Of a DNA stretch of 43,112 bases, positions 26,701-38,315 are shown one piece after another. A program made the translations under genes and the position numbers. How positions within the stretch are numbered: position 1 is the first letter of the stretch; every line of letters starts with the position of its first letter. The notes below the pieces were generated by a model that worked only from the letters and a program-made list of their open reading frames with translations, was not told the origin of the DNA and searched no databases. Origin of the DNA: Lenisia limosa (taxonomy: Eukaryota; Protista; Breviatea); NCBI GenBank assembly GCA_001655205.1, contig LPNZ01010481.1:1-43112 (forward strand), given 5' to 3'.

Positions 26701-29700
26701 AACACAGGGTTCACTTTATAAGGTGTCTTTGAATCAGAACAATCGAATGATTGAAATACAAAGTCTATTATTGTTCTTATTGAGTGACAACTTTGTGCTT
26801 GTGGACAATTTTGGACTCACATTTCAGCACGTTTGTGCTCACAGGTACAATGCCATCTACGTCTGATCTTGAAATGGAGGAACTTACAATGATGCGTGAA
26901 AGAGATCAAATCACTGATCTCACTGAAGTAAGCCCGATAGATCTGGAATAAGATAAATAATTCATGAAAATGAACAGAATTTCAAATTTGATCTGTATCC
27001 TTTGGTCTCTCAAACTAAGACGAATTAAAAGAACAGTTTCTATTTGGTTTTAGATTGTTATCTCACAACAGTCTATTTCCGAGGCCGTGATCGTGTGCAA
27101 GGAAGACTTCACTATTACGGGAGTGAATCTTCCTGCTGTTCAACTTCTCAAGTTGGAGTGAAGAGTCGAAATGATTTAATTCAATAGTAATTTGGATTGA
27201 TATAATATTAGTATAGTGTACTTGTTGGAGTTCAAGTGAATCTGATTTCCAAATGTGATTTCTTGGATTCACAACACCCCAGAGCACCCGAAGACATCAA
27301 AAATGGAAGTTACTCAATTGATGAGTTTGTTGTGGGCGCTATCGCTGAGATCAAGCACCTCATCGAGCATTCGCTTACAAAAAGCGAAAAGGTATAGGAT
27401 CAAAACAATCGCCAAGCTTGATTTAATTAATATATTTCAGATTCTAAAGACAATTACAAAAGCTGACCACCATTCTATTCCTGTTGTCTTAAAGGCAAGG
27501 TAGGAAAGGTGCCATGGTTTACACCTTTTTTATTGGGATTAAATGTGAGTCCACATAACGCAAAAGTTACATGTCACCATATTCGATACGGTATTGTTGT
27601 TTTTAACAATTGCTTCAGCTTTCTATTGAACTCTACCCGAAATGATGTTATATAAGAAGAGACAATTTTTTAGACAAGGAGTTGTTGTCAATTGACCAAA
27701 TTAGATGGTACAACCTCTCAAAGGGCCGAGTATTGTTACTAGTGCTTGTGGACCACAGTGAAGTCCTCAAAAGAGAACAGGAACTGACCGAGCGGACGGC
27801 TGCTTTCAAAGTACTGACTTTATGCACAGCTATTACCCATTCGCAAGTCAACTGTGTACTTTATTTTTTACCATTTACTTTGGACTATCTTTTAGATTGA
27901 TGCGTTCCCTTTTAAAATTCTTACTACAATTCAGATTGCCGAGTTAGAGCAGCAAAAGTCTGACCGATTACTAAGCTCAATGCTTCCTATCAGTATTGCC
28001 GAAACTCTTCGGTTGGCTTATCTAGAAATCATCTTCAATATTTTTGAAGTTATTTGGGATTCTGTCTTTTTATATTTATTCACACAATTCAAAGGTTTGG
28101 AAAATAGTTTTGGACAGTTTTCCAAGCATCTTTAGAAATGAGAATGACAAAATGCACAACTTAACTATGTAGACAAGGTAACATAGTGCTGCCTGAAGCT
28201 CACTCAGATGTGACCATGTTTTTTAGTGATGTGGTATGGGGCTTGTAAAAACCATTCTCAAGTTAGCTCTCAATTCAATAACATAGTACAGCATTCATGT
28301 GACATCAGATTGAATAATCAAATGACTATTAGGTTGAGTTCACGAAGCTTTCGGCGAACACAACTGCTGCTATGATGTTCGAGTTTCTCAATAATATGTG
28401 GTCGGTTTACGACAAACTGGCTGACACCTTCAAGGTCTATAAGGTAAGATAATCTGTGTATGTATTTGCCCTTATTTTAACAAACAGATTGCTTTATCTG
28501 ATGTTACATTGGGTTATTCAGGGTGATATTATACATGCATATACTGAAATTAATTATGATGTACAATATGGACAGCTTCGATCGTAACTGTGGTAGAAGA
28601 AAACTGAAAAACTGCGGTATTGACAAGGCAGGTTGAAGTAGTTGGTGATGAGTTTGTTGGAGTTGCCGGTTGTCCGGAATCCTGCCGTGACCATGCAAGA
28701 AGAATTGCTGATTTTGCCATAGGTAACCGCAGTGGCTGTATCTCATTCACATTTTTGGTGTATTCCAACTTGGGTTCCTTTGTACCGCAAAAGACTCATC
28801 CAAAATACTTCAATAATTATCGATATGATATATTTTTTTGACTGTTTGAGTGACAATAGTAACATAATTGCGAATTACAGTTTTGAATAACTCTTAGCAA
28901 TCAACAACACAATGGGGGAGTTTAAGGGACCTCATGGCCACCTTGTCGCTACTCGAATAGGCATTCATTCCGGTTTGCTGATCATGCGGAATTCCATATC
29001 AGAAGTCACATTCCGACAACTTTAACATATATTAGCTATATTAGGGCAAATACTGCCGATTCTAATTCAAAAATTATGATACATTGATATTGCAGGCCCT
29101 GTTTCATCAGGATGTCTTGGCACCGCAGTGCCCCGATTCACTCTTGTTGGTGATACTGTCAACACCGCATCAAGAATGGAGAGCAGTGGAGTACCAGGTA
29201 AAGTACATTCAAGGTAAGCCTTATTTGTGAGTTTACAGCCAAGCCCTGCTTGTAAGGAACGACTTGACATTCACCCCGATAAGTACTGGTTCGAGGCAAG
29301 GGACCCTGTCATGATAAAGGTTTGCTGTTTATCTAAAAATGGCGAGTATTCCTTAAATATTTTTATATTCGCTACCTTTCCGAACCTGTAATAGTTTAGG
29401 GCAAAGGAAAAATGTCAACTTTCTTTCTATTTGCTTCTGAGGATCATGAGAGTAACATTATGGTAAGTAGTCATTGTCAGATTGCTTGATTCATACACAT
29501 CATTCGCCTTATTAATCAAATGCAGTTCTATACCATCTGACATTACAGATGGATGCAAGAACAGCAATTGCAGGGCTTGTTGGCAGTGACAGTCACGGAG
29601 GCGGCTTCTCTCTGAAGGTTGGCGTTCCTGGTGGATTGATGCAGTGTAACAGCAGAAATATTTAGGATGTAATAACAACAATTCCAAATAGACAGTAAAA

Positions 29701-30580
29701 TAGTTGGGAAGTGTTACAATTTTTGATGAACGGTGTTTCGAGGAAAATACTTTTTATGGAATGCATGTTATATGACGAAAAGTGCTAGCTATGCATCACT
29801 GGTCAATAACAAATTAGATTACGGACGAGGAGCGGAATGCCAATTCCGCCATGATGATGTCGATACAGAAGAGTGCGGCCAATGAGGTTATTTTCGGCAT
29901 TTCTCCGACTTGTTCTCCCCATCTGGCAATGCTAAGAGATTCGTCTTTCAGGTACAGGAGGGTTGTTTGTGTATTTCATAAGGTACAGATAAATATTTCG
30001 CTGGGTGTCATATGCGTGAGTGAAATGAAGAGTGCTTTGTTATGCGACATTTGTACATTTCGACTTGATACGTTCAGGAGTTTACCGCTGTATCCGGCTT
30101 CATCAACGTCCTCATGGTTAACCAGTTCACCACAAGTGCGCGTCACTTGGATGGGATATAACTAGCCTACGATGGGGAATAACTACAATGATTTCTGAGA
30201 CTCTGATTGCCACAATTGACATTTCAAATGGCATTTCTAATACCATTAACATAAAATGCCACGCTCTTCCATAAATTGCCACGGGAAAAATCCAACCGCC
30301 ACAGACTGATGCCGTGTTACCATTTGCGCTAAACGCCTCACCACGCAAAAGTCCACCTGTACGCAAGCGTGGCATGTCCAGGAAGAACTCCGCCCTTCTA
30401 TCCCCAAGACTACGGCATCTTGTGAGCGCGGGGCTAACTCACATTTGGGCATGTCGTCTGACATGAGTCTTGTGAAATTTTAAAATTTGTTCTCAATATT
30501 TCTCTGCTATTTTAAAATAGGCACAATACTTTTCGTCACGATTTCAGGCTGCCGCATCATCTCCGGCACTGGGGTCATAG
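17787..30580 (+). CDS. Large polytopic receptor-type nucleotidyl (probably guanylyl) cyclase: TmcB-like multi-TM/TPR N-terminus, two TM-flanked sensor loops, PAS, coiled coil, class III cyclase (dozens of introns; start uncertain 17787-17905)
   Basis: Hydrophobic exons span 18.1-19.6 kb. TmcB-like TPR motifs are [17 protein letters not shown] (~20535) and [12 protein letters not shown] (~20900). Further TMs lie at ~21760, ~23385, ~25100 and ~26460. PAS runs from [26 protein letters not shown] to [27 protein letters not shown] (27.08-27.76 kb). The signal helix is [24 protein letters not shown]. The catalytic domain reads [15 protein letters not shown]...[18 protein letters not shown]...[44 protein letters not shown]...[12 protein letters not shown]. 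In-phase S/P-rich tail exons end at TAG 30578-30580. Confidence 0.85.
28173..29462 (+). other. Class III adenylyl/guanylyl cyclase catalytic domain (spliced, within gene 6)
   Basis: Both metal-binding Asp residues (FSDV, VGDE) and the transition-state Asn/Arg (VNTASRME) are present in one domain. The substrate-specifying positions are E (VEVVGD) and T (PRFTLVGD). Confidence 0.92.
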
Positions 30581-30911
30581 ATGTATTTGAAATGTCTAGG
30601 AAATAGTTCCTAAGTTATGGTATTATGTTAGTAGAGTCATATTTGAACAAGTTCAATAAATAAATTAAATCTGTACTCCTTTAGGTTACTTGATTGCTTA
30701 TTAGGCATGATCACGAAGACAAGCTTGGGAAAATAACCATACGTGAAGAGATTGGGAAAATAAGCAGCAGATCAGCCCAAAAACTTCATTTGTGTGGTTC
30801 CTTGTGTTGAAGCTACCCATTTCTAAAGTTCGTGACTCCATGTAAATGGCGAAGTGAAGCGTATATTACTAATTTAATGACCAATCTAATTACCCCGATT
30901 GGTGGTATTTC

Positions 30912-33900
30912 TTACGCCTTTGTTTTGTGTGTTTGTGTCCCCATCTTCAGCCTATATACCTCAGGGTCTTTTCTGCGTGCGATGTTCTCCCTTATGAGTC
31001 CTTGCACCACAGAGGGCCAGTGGTGTTGAAAATCCTGAGCGTTTAGTGTGGATTGACAGAGTATGGAGGTGTACTTGAGCACCAAGCGGTGGAGCAATTG
31101 TCTGGCTCGAAATTCTGTGAAAGTATCGAAACCGTCTTAAATATTTTCCATTAGTTCAAAAGGTACCCTGACCTACTTTTCGGGCTTGAACGATGAGTTT
31201 GGCATCATGCACGCATTGGTTGACCCCTACATTGTGAAACGGAAAGATCAAGTCACCCACGTTCCTGCACATTATATATGGTTGTCTCGTCCTTGTAGGC
31301 GCAGATATCTACTTCAAGCTGAAACAGTTACTAATTAGGCATGTGAAATTTCACATTAAATACACCAAATCTCCTCAGTCGTAGAGTTGCCACCTGCTCC
31401 GGCGCCGCGTTATTTAGGTTTATTTAATTTAGTATATCATGTTGTCTCCTTCTAAAGAGCATGTACCCAAAGAGTTCATCGAAGCATTCATAAAGATCAC
31501 CTTTAGGATATTGATCTAAAGGGTAGTAGTGTATGTTAGCAAAGAAGTATCTCCCAAGTTTATAACCCCTGCACACTCGAGAAACAGTTTCGACAATCAC
31601 CTCATTTGATAGGTCTTTATGGTGGTCTGGAGGGTAAACAAAGTAAGTCCTGAACAAGACAAAAAAAAAAACCTCCAATCCCATCCCCGGGCTTACACCA
31701 GGCGCCACGTGCGGTTCTCAGCTCTTGTTTTGTCACAACCTTGTTTGACAGCGTGCTTATTCGCGACTGGTGAAACAGCTAAAGGGGTGTGTTAACGGAA
31801 ATGTTCTGTTGTGTGTGCAGAAATAAATACCATAAAAAATGAAAACAGAAATATCAGCAACCCTGTCAGCCTACAACAAAGGTTCTTGCCCAGAGAGCCC
31901 TGTATTTTGATGGAAGATTAAGCGTAGTAAGGGAAGGTGGAAGAGAGCGCAGTAAATCCCGAAGAATGTCAGGTCCTAGATCTACGTGTTCTGGGGTGGG
32001 GGGAGGGGGTGAGGCAATCTCTTCTATTGACGGGTGATACAAGAGGNNNNNNNNNNNNNNNNNNNNNNNNNNNNNNNNNNNNNNNNNNNNNNNNNNNNNN
32101 NNNNNNNNNNNNNNNNNNNNNNNNNNNNNNNNNNNNNNNNNNNNNNNNNNNACAATAATTACAGTTTATCATATGATGCTGACTGCTGCTGGAGAAGTCT
32201 CCCAAGTCAGTACCACCAACCATCTAATGAAACTGTCCTCAAATGTTCGAGTGATGCCACCTGCTAAAGTGAGAACCAGGCTGCTTGTGATCAGAAAGGA
32301 GCCTGTAGTATTGAGGGCTTTGTTTCTGTCAACCTCTCAACAGTTCCAAAATGATATCTTTACTCCTCCCCCATCTGTATTCTTTACTCCTCCCCCATCT
32401 GTANNNNNNNNNNNNNNNNNNNNNNNNNNNNNNNNNNNNNNNNNNNNNNNNNNNNNNNNNNNNNNNNNNNNNNNNNNNNNNNNNNNNNNNNNNNNNNNNN
32501 NNNNNNNNNNNNNNNNNNNNNNNNNNNNNNNNNNNNNNNNNNNNNNNNNNNNNNNNNNNNNNNNNNNNNNNNNNNNNNNNNNNNNNNNNNNNNNNNNNNN
32601 NNNNNNNNNNNNNNNNNNNNNNNNNNNNNNNNNNNNNNNNNNNNNNNCGCATTAAACCCCTCACCTACCATATATCAAGTGATATTCACCCCACCCCAAC
32701 CCAGGTCCATAATCGTGGTAACGTGGCCACCTCAGAAGACTTCAATGAAAGGGATGTGGTGAGCTAAGGGGAAGGGGTGAGCTTGGAAAGGCTAGGTAGC
32801 TTGAGAGAGTATGAATCAAGAAACCCCAAAACAAAGTGTCAAATTTAGCGAAAATCCGAGTTTTTATGATACACCCCAATGCGATCCCTTAGCAGCCTAC
32901 TGCAGCGATATTGAGTGACATATCTGGAGGGTCAATGGGGAATACTCTTGAGGACTGCGATGTCGCTGATATTCAGATATTAGTTAGTATCAAGCAGGAA
33001 GGTATTTACAACAGCATTGTCCAATAAATAATAAAGTCTAAATACACAGCAGTATGTCTGATATATACAAATTCATATAACATAAGGGTTCACCTGCCTC
33101 GTCAGTAGCTGACTGTATCAGTACTGCATCCACTTCATCAATAGAAGAGCTGTAAGTTTAGATGTGTAGAACAGTGATAATTTATGAATTAGCTAATCAT
33201 TTGCTTGCAACTTCCTTTTTTTTGGAATAGAGAACAAATAGGTCCCATTGCCTACAATTCAAGAAGTCTTTCAGGCCTTGCCACCTCAACCTGCGGCTCC
33301 CTTCAGTGTTAGAAGAAATGCCAAACATTGCATGAGACAAATGCAGTTCAACTTACTGTGACTGTTCACCCCAAGCGTTCTTTCCTGGAACGTCACAAAG
33401 AAGTGTTAAATTGATTATGGCATGAATGAAAATATATATTTTGGAAGATGAACCCTTTCACAAAAAAAACAAAACAATTGTGACCAATTACTGTTAATTA
33501 TACTTTTCATACAGCTAAAATCACCAATAAAACTATCAAGAATAGCCACAACAATTCCCACTTGTTGGTTTTGAGTGAAAAGGTGAGGAAGATGAGTCAG
33601 AAGTCTCGTGAAGCCTGCAATGTTTAACAATGCACACTAAATACTGGCATTTTTAGGTTTTCTGAGTACCACAGCCCCACATACGCGGATCCGTAATCAA
33701 TGTCTGGCGACGCAGGAGCTTGCTTGCATTGCAGTATAGCGCGCTGTAGGGAGAGGGGCGACGTGGCCGCAGTCACATCCTCCAGTGAGAACGACATGTC
33801 TTCAAAGGGGCTGTCTGGGAGTATTATCAAGGACAGTTGTCAAGACCCAAGAGAGTCAATTCTGACTTTCAAGAATAAAATGTCTCCACCCCCCTTACCA

Positions 33901-36900
33901 CCGCCTGATGATTCTGAGGGTAGGTGTTTGGATGCGGCATGTAGCGAGGCAGCCATTGACAGGATCCGATCTTTGATCAAATTATCCTGGAATCTTAGTT
34001 TGCACTGTGGCAAATGCAGAAAAAAAATAGGATTTTAGTCGACACATATTGAATTAATGACACCATTGAACATTATACTCCCATCCTTTCCCACAGAACT
34101 GTGATGTATCAAATCTCTTTTTTGGGTCAAAACCTAACCTCGACAGAGAGCGCGGGCCTTTCGAGAACTTGTTTATCGTTGAATGACGAAATCTGAGGAC
34201 CATGAGGATGGTTGTTTTAGCAGTAGCAAATCATATATCATATCCCTAGTATCATGTTACACCAGTATCTGGTCAGATGTATACGATATGATTGGAATAT
34301 TTATAATATTAGTCATATTGATTAAAGTATCAGGCCTAAGCCTTGCACACAATTACCTTTATGGGTATCAGGCCTAAGCCTTGCATACAATTACCTTTAT
34401 GGGTATCAGGCCTAAGCCTTGCACACTATCACCTTTATTGGTATCAGGACTAAGCCTTACCTTGGTCAAAATGTTGACGGCGATATCATTGGTGACTCCT
34501 TGGTACCCTGCACCGAATTGATGGAGGTGAACATCTGAAGCGCAGTTATACTGTCCTGTTGAATAGGGACGGATGCACTGCGTACTAAAAAAGCTGTTAC
34601 TTCGCAAACCTTCCAAATGGGGCAGGCGATGCAGCACGGCTAAAGTCACCTCGTCATCAAGGCTGTTTTGCGACAGCATTAGTCGGGATATTGACTTGTA
34701 TGCTCTGAAAAGGTGACTTTACTATTGCAGAAAAACGTCTCTTTGAATGTGTGATATGAACAGTTTTGGAGACAAAACAACACATTAATATTCCCTCACA
34801 TAAGGGGGGTGATGTCGGAGTTGGAGGTGAGCTGGTTGTTTCGGAGGTTCAGTTCGGTTAAGGAGGGTAATGGCGGCGATCCTGTAAGATTAGAAGGGAG
34901 GCAATAATAATAATACAAATAAAATTTTGATAACACTTCAAAGAAACAAACCTTTGAGGCTTTGAATGGAATTGCTCGAGGCATTAAGAACCCGCAGGGA
35001 TCTGAAGTGTCAAAGGGGTTTGCTAGTGGTAACTCTATATTATTGAAAACCTGGGGAAAAGGTAACCCGATGTATCGTAAGGGTTGAAAAATAATGTAGC
35101 TAGGAGCCTAATAAAGTGGAATCACGTCTTACGGCTTTATGAGGTAAAAAGTACCATCAACGAGACGTATTGATATGGATAAAGAGTCTGATCCGCCCTC
35201 TCACCTCAAAGGAGCCAGCTCGATCAATGACGTGAGGTTGTTACCATGAACGTCCAAAACATCCAGATGTTTCAGGGGAGAGAGTCCTGTACCGTGTCAA
35301 TTAGTACCTGTAAAAATAGGCCACTTTGATTCCAAAAGATATCAGAAAAACAATACGCAAGGAGCCTCGTATCCAACCTTTTCATCACCCCCCCCCCCCN
35401 NNNNNNNNNNNNNNNNNNNNNNNNNNNNNNNNNNNNNNNNNNNNNNNNNNNNNNNNNNNNNNNNNNNNNNNNNNNNNNNNNNNNNNNNNNNNNNNNNNNN
35501 NNNGGTTCTTGAGTTCACCGATGCCTTCCAAGGACTAAGTACAGATAAGAGAAATCTGGTATCGATAAGAGTATATATGATATAATATACTATATGCATG
35601 TTATAAAAATTTGATATTAGATCGGGTGTAACAATCCAATATCTTATAAGCATGATAGTGTGGACGGCTTCCGCCTGATACTATAATCCAATAACTCTTA
35701 TAAGCCTGAGAGTGTGGACCTGATACCACATTATTGCTTTCTAGATCTACATAAAATATCATAGAGTATATACAGGTACTTATACCCCCCTCCCACAGTC
35801 AGATAGTTGTGGTGAAGGTCGAGAAAGAGCAAAGATGAGAGCGATGAAGGAGGCTGAAAGATGAGAGCGATGAAGGAGGCTGAAAGATGAGAGCGATGAA
35901 GGACGATGAAAGATGAGATGAAGGAGGCTGAAAGATGAGAGCGATGAAGGAGGCTGAAAGATGAGAGCGATGAAGGACGATGTAAGATGAGATGAAGGAG
36001 GCTGAAAGATGAGAGCGATGAAGGACGCTGAAAGATGAGAGCGATGAAGAACGCTGAAAGATGAGAGCGATGAAGGAGGCTGAAAGGTAAAAAAGTCTTT
36101 CATACCACTTTGCTGGAGAATGTTTCTCCAGAAATATCCCAACCTTGATAGCTCTGAGACTGTTGTGCTGAAGTGAGAGAAGTCTCAGTGGCGGCTCAGC
36201 TTCAATGTGTGGAAGGGACTGTCAAATTAAATACATTTTGAAAAAACAACATGTTCTCTAAACACCCTTGAAAACAAAAATATTTGGCAAGTATGTCAAC
36301 AGTCCTCATCCACACCATGAGGTTCTTCTTATTTAGCGTGATACGATCCTCGCCATTATTTCGACGAACTGCACATGACCCATCACTGGCAACCGCAAGA
36401 CGATGGTGGCCAACCATGGACTCCCCCCCTCCTACACAATGAGAAGTTGGTGCTTGATTGGAATTTTTTTTCGGAAAATTGATAACTGAAAAAAAGGGTT
36501 CACATTTCATGAGCAGAGATGGAGGTATAACTTTCAGAGCTGACACAATATCACCTTAATTCCCATAAACTCTCACGAAATTACAAAGGGAAATTGGTCA
36601 AGCTTATTACATAACATAGCTATATATATCATAAATGACGATCAAGAAACATTTGCCTCCTTCAAAAACGATGATATTGTTCAGCACCACATCGTACCAT
36701 TGGCAAGGGATATGATGGCAGTTTCCAGGTTTGTTGGGATGACAGGTTTCGTGTGACGTGGCTGTGCCTAAAAATTATTTTGCAAGGGAAAACAAAGAAT
36801 GCAATGAGATATCAAGTTTAATCTGACCGTAGCTATCTACATCAGCACTTTCTATTTAGGGCCATTGGAGAGCCTACCACTTTTCTCGTCTTTGTTCGAG

Positions 36901-37774
36901 GGGACAAGGGGGTCTAAAAAGTCAGATTTTTGTCTAAAGCTGGGTGCTATAACTTGAGGAAAATAACAGTATATTACAGGCCTTGCTCACCTGTAGAGAC
37001 AGGAGGGGCTGAGAGGGATTCAGAACAGGACGCTGTGGTGACGACTCTTTAATGGCGTAACGGTTGAATGCGCTTCTCGTCTAGTATGGTAGTTATTTAA
37101 TGTTTCAGGTTTCCCAATCGTACACTCTGATTATCATCCAAAAACTACACGTATAATGCCCATTTTACCTTTTCAACATCTCTGCTGCTGGCAATGAAAG
37201 CACTGTGTCTGTGCCCGGTCCTAAAAAGTTGACACTCTTCAAGATGCACGCTGGAATGAAACCACGCAGAATCACCCCACATTTTCAAACCACACAGTAA
37301 ATCCAAATTATCAAAACTAAATCCCATCAACTAGGCACTCAACTAGGTACCAAAGACTGCTATACTATCGATACTGTCTCTCTTATCCCTATATCGCCAA
37401 TCTCTCATCAGATTATACAGCACCCCTTCNNNNNNNNNNNNNNNNNNNNNNNNNNNNNNNNNNNNNNNNNNNNNNNNNNNNNNNNNNNNNNNNNNNNNNN
37501 NNNNNNNNNNTTGACGGTCTTGGCGGTCGCGTAACCTCAATACTGCCATGTTAGTGGACAATGTGCTGTCCAACCAACCCTCAGATCATATTTGTCCATT
37601 TTAGGTACTTCCATTCTCCCTCTCATATAATTGACATGGCCATTATGTTTGCGTTTACCCCCACCGTGTGGCCGTAGAGGCAGGCGATCCCTTGCCGGAA
37701 GGAGGCCGGTGCAGACGGACCGCTGAAGTGCCGTCTAAACGTAGACTGTCCTGGGTGGCGGTGATTTGAGACAT
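30912..37774 (-). CDS. LRRC49: LRRC49-like leucine-rich repeat protein (tubulin polyglutamylase complex / centriolar satellite family), spliced
   Basis: ATG at 37774 (MSQITATQDSLRL...). SDS22-class LRR exons include SLPHIEAEPPLRLLSLQHNSLRAIK (36218-36144), PPSSLSSLLFLDLHHNYLT (35853-35797), SLEGIGELKN, GLSPLKHLDVLDVHGNNLTSLIEL, SLRVLNASSNSIQSLKG and LPSLTELNLRNNQLT. The C-terminal part LEHLRTVSLDG...FVSRISTLSNKVVTKQELRTARGAW...QDFQHHWPSVVQGLIRENIARRKDPEVYRLKMGTQTHKTKA* resembles the LRRC49 C-terminus as I recall it (WP..+..L+R). The orthology needs BLAST confirmation. Confidence 0.72.
32357..32403. repeat. 24-nt intronic tandem repeat running into an assembly gap
   Basis: tctttactcctcccccatctgtat occurs twice immediately before a 244-nt N gap, so the array is probably longer. 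Confidence 0.8.
34327..34460 (-). repeat. 38-nt intronic minisatellite, 3.5 copies, starting at the intron donor
   Basis: gtatcaggcctaagccttgcacacaattacctttatgg units start at 34327, 34365, 34403 and 34441 (partial). Confidence 0.95.
35634..35730. repeat. Imperfect direct duplication in an LRRC49-like intron
   Basis: aatccaatatcttataagcatgatagtgtggac and aatccaataactcttataagcctgagagtgtggac, both followed by cctgatac. Confidence 0.75.
35831..36082 (-). repeat. 26-nt minisatellite (~10 units, two of 22 nt) duplicating a 3' splice site and exon start
   Basis: The plus-strand unit is aaagatgagagcgatgaaggaggctg; on the minus strand it reads cag|cctccttcatcgctctcatcttt. Eight units retain the AG. 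Confidence 0.95.
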
Positions 37775-38315
37775 TGATATACACAAGAAACGAAAAATAT
37801 AAGACCAGAATTAACTTTGTTGGCTTTGGAATAATGTATCATCGGCAAAACTGATAAAGAAATCAAGTCAAAATTTCCAAAGTTATAGGAAATTGGCAAT
37901 AGTATTATGAGACCTGTAAATTATATAATGGTATTCTGCTATTGGAGGAAGAACACAAACAAATAAACCATTCAAATCATGATCATTTTCCATTTTTCAA
38001 ACCATTTGAATCAATAATCAGCCAGGGACAGGAGGTAACTTATACTGAATTTCTTCATTATTCTGATTTATTGATTTATTATGTTACTAATTACAATATG
38101 CACTAAATTTCTGATGCGAAGGTGTGAAGAGGGGTGATTGGAAAAGGGGGCAAACTGAAGTGACCTCCTGGGGTGGGTATTGGTATCTATAAAAAGAAAT
38201 ATATATTTATTTTTTTCACAGAATCTGATCTTGTAAGCTTGTATTATTATTATCCAGTGTCATAAGTACATTAATTAGATTGGAAGGAGAGTCTTTTTTT
38301 TCTGTTGTGTCGATA
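37775..38315. promoter_or_regulatory. Putative bidirectional promoter between LRRC49-like (-) and the RRM gene (+)
   Basis: Inferred from divergent start codons 541 nt apart; AT-rich with TATA-like tatataat/ctataaaaa stretches. Confidence 0.4.

Noticed and set aside
26995-27003. U12-type donor GTATCCTTT (also ATATCCTT at ~25503)
   Set aside because: Both lie inside introns already explained by U2 sites, and no U12 branch point (TCCTTAAC) was found.
29790-30850. Separate minus-strand gene between the cyclase and the LRR gene
   Set aside because: In-phase plus-strand exons with good splice sites extend the cyclase to 30580, and minus-strand splicing hit stops.
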